From: a virus
IMG/VR virus record: IMGVR_UViG_3300035523_000117
Coordinates: 11,680 to 75,679 of that record
Length of the DNA stretch: 64,000 bases
Strand: one strand, 5' to 3'
Below are positions 46,511 to 56,167 of this stretch, piece by piece. Within the stretch, counting starts at the first letter, position 1. Each line of letters starts with the position of its first letter. The notes under the pieces were generated by a model. That model had not been told where the DNA came from. It worked only from the letters and a program-made list of their open reading frames with translations, and searched no databases. The translations under genes were made by a program, and so were the position numbers.

Positions 46511-49500
46511 CTAGCGAAAATCAAGAGTGAGGACGCGAAGGTTGGGCCTAGGCGCAACGAGGTCGTCGGCATAGCCTACGACCAGCAACGTCCTCGTGCC
46601 GCCTCCCGGCAATGAGGCTGGTGTCGAGAACGCGAGTGACCGACTTCTTTGAACATCCGGGAAGGGATCGCCATGCACGTCCGAGTAGACGGTGATCGGT
46701 GCATACGAATGGTCGCCTACCCAGAAGAGCCCGAGGAACGTCTCAGTGACAACGCCGAGGAATTCGCCGTCGGTCGTCCAGGCTAGCTTGTCAACATGAT
46801 TAGCCAGTTGAAGGAGAGAGGTGTACTCGAGCGATATCCTGGGCCGGGATTCCGTGGAGGTATCCCAGGGATCGAAGAAGAGAACCTCGGCCGGGCCCGA
46901 GAGGCGGTCACGAGCCGTTCCGAGGACAATCTCCCCCGTTACCGGCGAAAGTGCGCATGCCGTCTGGTTGCCGATCGAAGCTGTGCTCACGGACAGGAGA
47001 GGCTCGAATAGCCGGGGCCAGTATGCAAACGAGTCGTTGCCCGTGCCCACGGCTGCGATGCTTGAACTAACCGCCAGGCACTCAGGCTGAAGTCTGGCCA
47101 TGACGGCCGAGGCCACTGTGGAAACGGTCCCGTTGGCGTTTGCCCGGAAAATGGAGGGTTCGTTCTTGGTGATGAAGAACAAGTCCTCTGACGCTGGCCC
47201 AGCAGGCCCCCAACTCGCGTCGCGAATTGGGAAGATGCCGGGCGAAGTGAAGCTGGCGAGTTCCGGGAAACCGCTGGACGTCGCGTCGAGCAGATAGAGG
47301 TGGCCGTCGTCGCAGGCTACGGCGAGCCTCCGATCGTCGCGCGACCATGCAACGCGATTGACGCTGTGGTCTCCGAATTTCCGCCTGAAGACCACGGCCT
47401 CGTTCGGAATGGAACCTGCCTCCAAAGCGGCGCGCTCGATAACCACAACTTGAGCGTCATTTCCTAGCGCCTGCCCCCGCGTTCCCATCGCGAGAAGGCT
47501 TCCGTCATGGCTGAACTCCAGTGTGAGCACGTCGTTCGGGGCGACGCGCTGCTCTTGCACGATCGATACCGTCGGGAAAAGCGTATCGGACGCGCGCAGA
47601 GCCTCGTAGCAGTTCAGCCTGCCTCCCCACTCGACTTTCCCTGCAAGCCCGGGTATCCGGTCCACGCCTCGCTGGATTGCCGCGCGAACCTGGTACGGCT
47701 TGAAATCTGGGTGGAGTTGGAGGATGAGCGCTGCGCATGCACTCACCATCGGTGCCGCAGCGGAGGTGCCTGAGAACTGCCCATAGTCACCGTTGCCGCC
47801 ACTGCCGCCCGCCGCCGTTCCAAAGCGCCAATTCGTGTGGCGGTTATCAATTGGGACATGGTGCGTCACGAAGGTCGTCACGAGTTGGTCCTCGGTGCCC
47901 GGGGCCGCTAGTTGGACAGTGCGCGCGCCGAAGTTGCTGAATCCCGCGAGTGCATCGGACGCATCGGTCGCACCAACGGTGATCACGTTCTGCCCGCCTT
48001 GTTTGGGCGCGGGGAAATTGGCGTGCCGGTCGTTGTCAGTCGTCGCGTTGCCCGCGGCGATGACGAAGACCATGTCGTTCTCAAAATTGTCGAAGATATC
48101 GGGATACGGCCAAAGCAGGTTCAGGATTGACGCACCAGCGTCTTCAACGGCGAGGCCCCAACTGATGTTGACCACCCGGGCCCCAGCCACCTTCGCCAAC
48201 TTGATTGCCTGTATGCCTCCAGCTGGGTCGTTCACTGACGAAATCAAGACATTGTTGTCGATGTTTGCGATCACGCTCGTACGCAGATTGAGCGCTTTGA
48301 CGTTCCAAGCACCGCCAGTTACTCCGATGCCGTTGTTTCCAGCCGCGGCAATGACACCAATGACCCCGGTGCCGTGACCATCGGAGTCCATGGGACTCGG
48401 CCCCTGAGTTGAATTCTCGTATGGCAACGGGTTGAACCAGCGCAATGTTCCGTCGATGGAAAGGTCTAGGTTTGGAATCAGGTCTGGGTGGTTCTCGTCG
48501 CACCCAGTGTCCAGGACGGCGACCTTGACTTGCTGCACTGCTCCGGAGGTTGTGTAGGGCGCGATCCCTCTGTCAGCGAGATAGTCCCACGCCCCAGGAA
48601 GACAGCCTGCGCAAGTCCCGGAGTCGCATATCCCACTCGAGCAATGGGACGATGCGGAACACGACTTGCCGAAATCGGGGTTCTCTGGGCATGGCGTTGT
48701 CGGATTGGAGGCGGCAAAGCGAGCATTGCGGAGGGCGGGGGCCGTCGCTTCAACGTCCCAGGCGGGGCGGACCGCGGGCCAAACCGGGTCGTTAGGAACC
48801 ACGGCGTTCACTCGTGTGACGGGGACTGGCGATTCTCCGATTACACCAGGACTGGTGTCGTAATGAATCAGGCCCTCGGCCAGCGTGACGGTCGGAGGAA
48901 GCTCCATCACAAACCAACCAAGGGCGGCATCGAGTTGGAGCTTCATTGTCGCGCCAATGGGCGCGTTGACCGACTCCGGCTGCACACCGGCAGCGAGCTT
49001 GACGAAGACCTCGTTGACCCAGTACCGCTGCGCGACGATCACCACCTTCTCGACGGTGAACGAGTTCGCGACAAGGTCGGAGGCACTCACTGATAACCGG
49101 TTAATCGTGAAGGTCTTGCCGGGATCAGCCCTGAGTGCGATAGCGACTGAGAACCTTCCGTCCGGCGAAAGTGCGAGCGACTGGGTTGTGGGCGGAAGCC
49201 CGTCGGCGGCCACTGTGAGGCTGGCGGAATTGACCAGACTGTCGTCCTCGATTGTTCCCTCAAGTGTGATGGATGTGTTCGGCACCATCACATCGCTTGG
49301 CACCGTCGAGGTAATCAGGACCCGAGGAGGAGTGTTGTCTACGCGAACCTTCTGGAAGTAGGAGTGGGCAGTCTCCTGCGGCCCGCCACCCGCCGGCACA
49401 AGCGTAGCGGTGACCGAATAGAGGTAGTCGTTGTCGGCGACGAAGCTCCCGTCGCGGTCCTTCCCGTCCCAGTCTTGAGATAGGGGCACCCTCGCCTGTC

Positions 49501-50293
49501 CACCGCCTGAAGGCACAGTCGCCTCTGCTGAGAGGGTCCGAATCGGGAGGCATGTGACGGGATCGATGACATCGAACGCGTAGCGGATCGTCGCCGGCTG
49601 GTCATCCATGAGCCGCACGAATGCCTCCGCGCTTAGGACCGACCGATCGAAGGCACTATCGTGGTTCCTCGGCGAGATTGGGTCGGGCGAGTCGGCGAGA
49701 CCGCCAACAGAAAGCTTCAATTTGTCTGGCGCGGCCGTCCCGGGCCCAACAGGGCTTTTCCCGGAAACTTCGACTCGCAGACTGCCGTCATGCTGGGACT
49801 TGAACCGAGCGTTCAGCACGTGGGCGCCAGCTGCGACAAGCACCGGGAGGCGGACAGTGGTTCCGGGCACCAGCCTCTTCTCGTCTAGGAGAAGACTGCC
49901 ATCTAGAGTCACTTTGCCGAACAGCACGCGATCGTCGACCACTGTGGCGACCAAGCAGACGCTCGTCAGAGCAGGAACCGAGAACGGGAGATCCAGCCCG
50001 TTCGCCGCATTGGTCGTTCCTGGGTCATCAGCGACATCTGTTGGGCCAGCCAGCAAGACGCTGTCGGATCCCGGCACGCAGACGTAGGGGTCGGCCACTC
50101 CGCTCGGCTCCGGTGCAGGCGGCGAAGACCAACCGTCGTCGACGACCGAAAACCCGCAGTTGGGCTTGCTGGGGTCGCCAGTTACTGGAGGCTGATTCGA
50201 CGGGGCACATTCCACGAGTACCAGCAGTCCGGTCAATGCAAAGATGGGGCGTCGAAATGCCGAAGCGGGGTACCGCCGATAAGCTAGGTTCAT
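46511..50293 (-). CDS. Exported S8 (subtilisin-like) serine protease with FlgD/Ig-like domains and WD40-like C-terminus
   Basis: Catalytic triad VAVLDTG, HGT.V.GVIAA, GTSAAAP; AAGN oxyanion; WDGKD FlgD-like motif; FSHDGSLLA and WS.D.RRLA repeats. Confidence 0.88.
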   Translation of the reverse strand: MNLAYRRYPASAFRRPIFALTGLLVLVECAPSNQPPVTGDPSKPNCGFSVVDDGWSSPPAPEPSGVADPYVCVPGSDSVLLAGPTDVADDPGTTNAANGLDLPFSVPALTSVCLVATVVDDRVLFGKVTLDGSLLLDEKRLVPGTTVRLPVLVAAGAHVLNARFKSQHDGSLRVEVSGKSPVGPGTAAPDKLKLSVGGLADSPDPISPRNHDSAFDRSVLSAEAFVRLMDDQPATIRYAFDVIDPVTCLPIRTLSAEATVPSGGGQARVPLSQDWDGKDRDGSFVADNDYLYSVTATLVPAGGGPQETAHSYFQKVRVDNTPPRVLITSTVPSDVMVPNTSITLEGTIEDDSLVNSASLTVAADGLPPTTQSLALSPDGRFSVAIALRADPGKTFTINRLSVSASDLVANSFTVEKVVIVAQRYWVNEVFVKLAAGVQPESVNAPIGATMKLQLDAALGWFVMELPPTVTLAEGLIHYDTSPGVIGESPVPVTRVNAVVPNDPVWPAVRPAWDVEATAPALRNARFAASNPTTPCPENPDFGKSCSASSHCSSGICDSGTCAGCLPGAWDYLADRGIAPYTTSGAVQQVKVAVLDTGCDENHPDLIPNLDLSIDGTLRWFNPLPYENSTQGPSPMDSDGHGTGVIGVIAAAGNNGIGVTGGAWNVKALNLRTSVIANIDNNVLISSVNDPAGGIQAIKLAKVAGARVVNISWGLAVEDAGASILNLLWPYPDIFDNFENDMVFVIAAGNATTDNDRHANFPAPKQGGQNVITVGATDASDALAGFSNFGARTVQLAAPGTEDQLVTTFVTHHVPIDNRHTNWRFGTAAGGSGGNGDYGQFSGTSAAAPMVSACAALILQLHPDFKPYQVRAAIQRGVDRIPGLAGKVEWGGRLNCYEALRASDTLFPTVSIVQEQRVAPNDVLTLEFSHDGSLLAMGTRGQALGNDAQVVVIERAALEAGSIPNEAVVFRRKFGDHSVNRVAWSRDDRRLAVACDDGHLYLLDATSSGFPELASFTSPGIFPIRDASWGPAGPASEDLFFITKNEPSIFRANANGTVSTVASAVMARLQPECLAVSSSIAAVGTGNDSFAYWPRLFEPLLSVSTASIGNQTACALSPVTGEIVLGTARDRLSGPAEVLFFDPWDTSTESRPRISLEYTSLLQLANHVDKLAWTTDGEFLGVVTETFLGLFWVGDHSYAPITVYSDVHGDPFPDVQRSRSLAFSTPASLPGGGTRTLLVVGYADDLVAPRPNLRVLTLDFR

Positions 50294-50488
50294 AAACGAT
50301 CCCTCCCTCTGTCTTGACCTCGAACGCCGTTCTCGACAGCAAGACTACCGCGCCAAGGACAAACAAGCAGCCCTGGCCACCGAGACGCAGAGCACCGCCA
50401 ACCCTCGAAGACGTAACCTACATGCGAGGCGAGCATCTCTGCGCTGAGTGAGGCATGTGGCGTGCCGTTGGGGGGGCTTCGACTTGCA

Positions 50489-50916
50489 TCAGTCGAGCGC
50501 AAGAGGGTCGTCGCTGCGGACGGAACTCCAGGTACTTCGTTGCTCGGCCCAGTCCGCCCGTCGTCCCGTCGCCCGCAGGTGGATTGCCGTGATGGGGTCC
50601 GGCCCGGCGTCGATCGCCGGGAGGAACAGGATGGCCTCCTGGATGTCGGGCGCGAGCAGGGTCAGCCCCATGATCTGCGTGACGCGCGCCCGCGTGAGGC
50701 CGTAGCGTCGCGCCAGGTCGGCGAGGTCCTTCGCCTCGCCGCGGTCGAGCATGCGCTGGAAAAAGTGGGCCTGGACGAGAAGGCGGGTAACGCGAGGAAC
50801 GCGTCCGGCCACCGACTCGGGTGCGTGGCGCTCTCCCTCCTCGAGCTTCCTGCCCCGGGAGGCACCGCCCTGCCGCGTCAGACACACCTTGAACTTCACC
50901 GTCGTGTCGGTGTCCA

Positions 50917-50917
<1 letters not shown>
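50489..50917 (-). CDS. Recombinase-associated HTH protein
   Basis: LA...GLTRARVTQI..LTLLAPDIQEAIL pattern; coupled to the recombinase stop. Confidence 0.7.
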
Positions 50918-52484
<1,567 letters not shown>

Positions 52485-52488
<4 letters not shown>

Positions 52489-52958
52489 GCTGCACGCTCC
52501 TTGGAGTTGAGGAGGTTGAAGAAGCCGAAGCCGTTCCAGCGGGTGCCAGTGATCTTCCGGGCGATCTCGGAGAGCGAGGCGAAGCGCTCGCCCTGGTAGT
52601 CGAAGCCGCCCTCGAGGACGGTGACCTGGTGCTCGGCGCCGCGGAACTCGCGCACGAGGACGGTGCCGACCGGCGGAAGGCGCGGGTCGCGCGGCGGCGG
52701 CGCGTTGGGCAGCGGCGGCAGTGGCCGGCGGACGTAGACCTCGAAGTCGGCGAGCAGCTCGTCGAGGCGCTTCTTGGCGCGGTCGCTCAGGCCACCGAAC
52801 TCCTTCTCCTGAAGGCGGTAGGCGATGCGGCGTTGCAAGTAGTCCTTGTTCCGGCTGCGGGAGTCCTCGCCGAACAGGCGCTTCCATATGTCGCGAAGCT
52901 CGCCCATCGACAGGGTGCGCAAGCGGTCCAGGCCGGCGGCAGTGATCGTCTTGGCCAT
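52485..52958 (-). CDS. DUF2924 domain protein
   Basis: ELR..W..LFG, L.RRIAYRLQE..FGGLS, PP.GTVLVRE..G..H.VTV...GF.Y.G..F.SLS.IA..ITGT.WNG..FF.L. Confidence 0.85.
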
Positions 52959-53039
52959 GCTCTCTCCTTGTGTTGTCCCCTTCGCGATGGACGCTCTGGT
53001 GCCCAGCGATGGCAACGGCAACCGCGCCCTCCGCGTGAC

Positions 53040-53225
53040 CTATTGGAGCGGCGGGGACTTGCCTTCCGGCGGCGCGGATGGCTGGCGGGCCTCGAGCGCG
53101 CGAGCGAGGCCGAGTGCGAGGAGCGCGAGCACCTCGTCGAGGCCTGGGACGTGGTCCGCCTTCTTAGCGGGCGCGGGCGCAGGGGATGAGGCGGGAACCG
53201 CAGGCAGGGTCTCAGGCGAGTCCAT
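53040..53225 (-). CDS. Small hypothetical protein preceding DUF2924
   Basis: GAGG RBS; EVLALLALGLARAL helix; follows a predicted promoter. Confidence 0.45.
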   Translation of the reverse strand: MDSPETLPAVPASSPAPAPAKKADHVPGLDEVLALLALGLARALEARQPSAPPEGKSPPLQ

Positions 53226-53260
53226 TGTTACCTCGGTCGGCGGAGATCGCCGCTGCCGAG

Positions 53261-53293
53261 GACAAGCGGGTGCTGAAGGCGAAGTGTGACATC
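53261..53293 (-). promoter_or_regulatory. Putative ECF-like promoter GATGTCACA-N16-CGCTTGTC for the recombinase operon
   Basis: Exact flanking motif shared with 59528-59559 and 61751-61783; 35 nt before ATG 53225. Confidence 0.6.
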
Positions 53294-53304
53294 CGCCGCA
53301 CAGC

Positions 53305-53419
53305 CGAATCGGTCACCCAGAACGGTCACGCCGTCGGGGCGAATCGGTTAGCTGCTTCTAAGGAAACGGTCAGTCGACAGGGCGAATCGGTCAGTCGCAC
53401 GAGTCGAATCGGTCACTCG
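53305..53419. repeat. Array of CGAATCGGT(C/T)A / AACGGTCA repeats (operator candidate)
   Basis: Full copies at 53305, 53340, 53383, 53405; partial copies near 53320 and 53364. Confidence 0.85.
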
Positions 53420-53558
53420 TCGCGAGGTCAAAGGCCTTCGCAGTGAGTCGGTCTGCGGCGCCTCGCCCAACCGCCCGACATGACTCGGCTTCGTCTGCTG
53501 GCATCGGCATTGCCATGCCGATGGCGTCCGCCAGTGTCCGAGAGATCGGACCTCGGCT

Positions 53559-53589
53559 TGTCACACTTCGCCCGCGGGCCCCGCTTGCC
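53559..53589 (+). promoter_or_regulatory. Putative ECF-like promoter TGTCACA-N16-CGCTTGCC, antisense to the Zn-finger regulator
   Basis: Matches the motif, including CTTCGCC after TGTCACA as in the 53261 copy; points into the 3' end of 53633-54517. Confidence 0.5.
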
Positions 53590-53632
53590 CCAGGTGCCGA
53601 CTCCGGAGTCCTTCGTGCCACGTGCCTTCCGC

Positions 53633-54517
53633 TCAGCGACGACGTTCCTTCTCCTGCCGGCGGCGGTACGCCTTCGCCTTGCAGGCGCCCGAGCAGTACA
53701 TGCGGTTGACGCGGAAGGCGGACTTGGACACCTCGAACCACGTGCTGCACTCGTCGCACTCGCGGAAGATCTTGTTCCCGCTGATCGCCTGCGCGAACTG
53801 CAACCAGAGGGCGCCCAGGAGGTTCTTCGGGCTCAGCACGAGTACGGGCGCGACCTTGTCGGTGTCCCAGATGAGTGCTGGGAACGCCAGTGCTGGGCGC
53901 TCCTCGTCGCCCTCGAGGCGGCGCGTGACACGGCGAGCCAGGTAGTAGAGGGCGGGCTTGATGAGATCGCCCACGGCCATCGGCGCGGGGTCGCGCTCGC
54001 GGCGCCAGATGGCTTCCTCGGTGATGCTGTGCTCCGGCGCTGGGCGGTAGGACACAACGTCTCCGCCGTGCCACTTGAGGTGCGCTGCGAGCTTCTTCTT
54101 GTCGGACTCCCGCGCCGCGCACCACAGGGCGAGCAGCTCGCGCATCTCGGCGATCTCTGCGCGCCAGGTGTCGAGGCGTTCGGCTGGCACGCTGCCGAGG
54201 TTGCCGTCGCGGGTGATGGCGGCGCGCTCGCCGCGCGGGAGCGGCACGAAGATGGTCTCGTTGCCACCGAGGAGCAGCCCGTACTTGTCGGCGAACGCGA
54301 CGATCGCGTCCTTGTCGTCGGCGAGCGAGGCGAAGGTGCGGAACAGCCCGGTGTGCTCGACGAGGGGCTCGTAGGCGCGTCGCTTCTTCGGGAGGCGTTC
54401 AGCGAGGTAGTCGCCCTGGGATCCCTGCTGGCCGCGCCGCGGGATGGGCGTCGTGCTCAGGCACTGGTGCCCCGTCTCCGAGACGTACCACTCGAACCAC
54501 TCCGCCCGCGCGCTCAT
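53633..54517 (-). CDS. CGNR-type zinc-finger regulator
   Basis: C-terminal C..C..WF......R..YCS..CK.KAYRRR; divergent from the replication operon. Confidence 0.75.
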   Translation of the reverse strand: MSARAEWFEWYVSETGHQCLSTTPIPRRGQQGSQGDYLAERLPKKRRAYEPLVEHTGLFRTFASLADDKDAIVAFADKYGLLLGGNETIFVPLPRGERAAITRDGNLGSVPAERLDTWRAEIAEMRELLALWCAARESDKKKLAAHLKWHGGDVVSYRPAPEHSITEEAIWRRERDPAPMAVGDLIKPALYYLARRVTRRLEGDEERPALAFPALIWDTDKVAPVLVLSPKNLLGALWLQFAQAISGNKIFRECDECSTWFEVSKSAFRVNRMYCSGACKAKAYRRRQEKERRR

Positions 54518-54666
54518 GGGCCGTTCTCCGTCACCGGTTCGTCACCCGAATACTGTCACCACAACTTCGATTATTCTAGTGACACTTAGCCTTTGGTGCT
54601 TAGGCTGTGACTGAACGCTAGCGCCCCGCTGTTCGGCGCGCAAGGCGGGAAGGAAGGAGGTCGCCG

Positions 54667-55040
54667 ATGAACAAGCGCGAGGTGACGACGAGCGCCGCCG
54701 AGAAGAAATCGACCGGTGCTTGTCACATTTCGCGTGCCAACACCGCGTTCTCTTACTGGGGGCAATTCGAAGCCAGGAGGTGCGATGGCCGAAGGCGGCC
54801 GCGAACGATGGGTCAGGGGTTTGGAAGAAATCGACATCGCCTCTGTCACGTTCCGCGTGCCAACAGCGCGTTCTTCAAGGTGGGGGCGGTGGTCCGATCG
54901 AACCAGGAGGCGGCATGACGAACCGCAGCGACGAACGAGGAATCAAGGGGTTGCGAGAAAACGACCAGGGCTCTGTCCGGTTTTGCCCGCAAACAGCGCG
55001 TTCTTCTAGTGGGGCCGATCGTCGGCCCAGCGGAGGAACC
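54667..55040 (+). repeat. Three ~118-130-bp imperfect tandem units, each ATG...AAA(T)CGAC...TGTC-N-CGCGTTCT...GGAGG
   Basis: Units start at 54667, 54785 and 54915; GGAGG at 54776, 54906 and 55032. Confidence 0.75.
54721..55004 (+). promoter_or_regulatory. Three putative ECF-like promoters TGTC(AC/CG)R-N16-CGCGTTCT
   Basis: 54721-54751, 54844-54874, 54974-55004; invariant 16-nt spacer; 33-40 nt before RBS-preceded ATGs. Confidence 0.62.
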
Positions 55041-55286
55041 ATGAACCTGCGTCCCGGCGAGCTGGCGGTGAAGTGCCTCGAGTGCGGCTCGGTGATCGCC
55101 AAGGAGATGGGCAAGCTCCTCGAGATCAAGAACGGCTCGAGGACGGTGCTGAGCGCGGTGTGGGGCACGGCGAACATCGAGTGCCGGCACTGCCACCACG
55201 ACAACGTCGTTCCCTTCGGCACGATGACGTGCCCGATGGCCGGGCCGCCCGCGACCGACACCTCGGCCATCCCTACCAAGTGCTGA
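55041..55286 (+). CDS. Zinc-ribbon protein (Mu Com-like spacing)
   Basis: CLEC...IECRHC; GGAGG RBS. Confidence 0.6.
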   Translation: MNLRPGELAVKCLECGSVIAKEMGKLLEIKNGSRTVLSAVWGTANIECRHCHHDNVVPFGTMTCPMAGPPATDTSAIPTKC

Positions 55287-55396
55287 CGCAGTACCGAGTG
55301 CAGGCGCAGTAGCTCTTTCCGAAGACCAACCAGAGCGCGAGACGCCTTTACTCGGCCTTCACGAGCGCATGACGCCCGGCCGCACGGCGGGCGTCC

Positions 55397-56167
55397 ATGC
55401 GCGCTTGTTGGCTGGCTCTTCATGCGAGCCTCACGCAGTCCCTCAACACCTCGAAGTCCAAGAAGGAGTTCAACGAGATGAAGGCAGGACGCGACGAGCT
55501 TGCGGGCTACGAGAACGCCCATGAGCTCGTCGCGTACCTGCGCGACGGGAAGATGGAGGCAGCCTCCCGGAACGCGCCGCTGCGCGGGCTGGTCGCGGCG
55601 GCGCAGTCCACCGACCCGTGGGCGGGGCTGGCGAGGAGCCTACTGCTGCTCTCGATGATGGCCGCGCTCGAGGCCACCGCGGGCCGGAAGCGGGGCCGGA
55701 TGTGTGCCGAGGAGGTGATGGCCGAGGTCGTCGCCGAGTTCTACGAACGCATCCGCCGCTTGGACCTCGACAAGGACCCGAAGGTGGCGGCGACGCTGGT
55801 CAAGAACACCGAGCGCGGCGTCGGCGAGCGCGGCAGCAAGGCCCGCCGGGCGCAGGCCGCCGAGGTCCACGTCGATGCCGAGACCATCGTCGACGAGCGA
55901 ACCGAGGAACCCAAGGAGCCGGCGATCCTCGGCGTGCGCCGCGCGAACGGCGAGGCCGACGCGGCGATGGCGCTCCACGAGTGGATGACGCCCGTGGTCG
56001 GCGAGAAGGACGCCGACCTGGTGCTCGGGGCGGTCGTCGCGGAGCAGAGCCAGCGCGAGCTGGCGGACGAGCTGGGCGTGACCCACGCGGCGGCGCGCAA
56101 GCGGCTCGGTCGCGCCCTCGACAAGCTGCACGACCACCTGAGCGACCGGGAACCCGAGCAGCCATGA
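55397..56167 (+). CDS. Sigma-70/ECF-like transcription factor (start may be 55478)
   Basis: Region 2-like helix (AEEVMAEVVAEFYERI) and region 4 HTH (SQRELADELGVTHAAARKRLGRAL.KL). Confidence 0.65.
   Translation: MRACWLALHASLTQSLNTSKSKKEFNEMKAGRDELAGYENAHELVAYLRDGKMEAASRNAPLRGLVAAAQSTDPWAGLARSLLLLSMMAALEATAGRKRGRMCAEEVMAEVVAEFYERIRRLDLDKDPKVAATLVKNTERGVGERGSKARRAQAAEVHVDAETIVDERTEEPKEPAILGVRRANGEADAAMALHEWMTPVVGEKDADLVLGAVVAEQSQRELADELGVTHAAARKRLGRALDKLHDHLSDREPEQP

Larger units (their letters stand above)
33600..50400. other. Lower-GC cargo/accessory region between the two elements
   Basis: Visibly more A/T and less GC3 bias than the flanks; contains only exported, toxin or unusual genes. 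Confidence 0.65.

Noticed and set aside
33560-50460. AGGCATG shared near 33588 and 50452 as an att core bracketing the cargo region
   Set aside because: Only 7 bp, with no flanking inverted symmetry; expected by chance.
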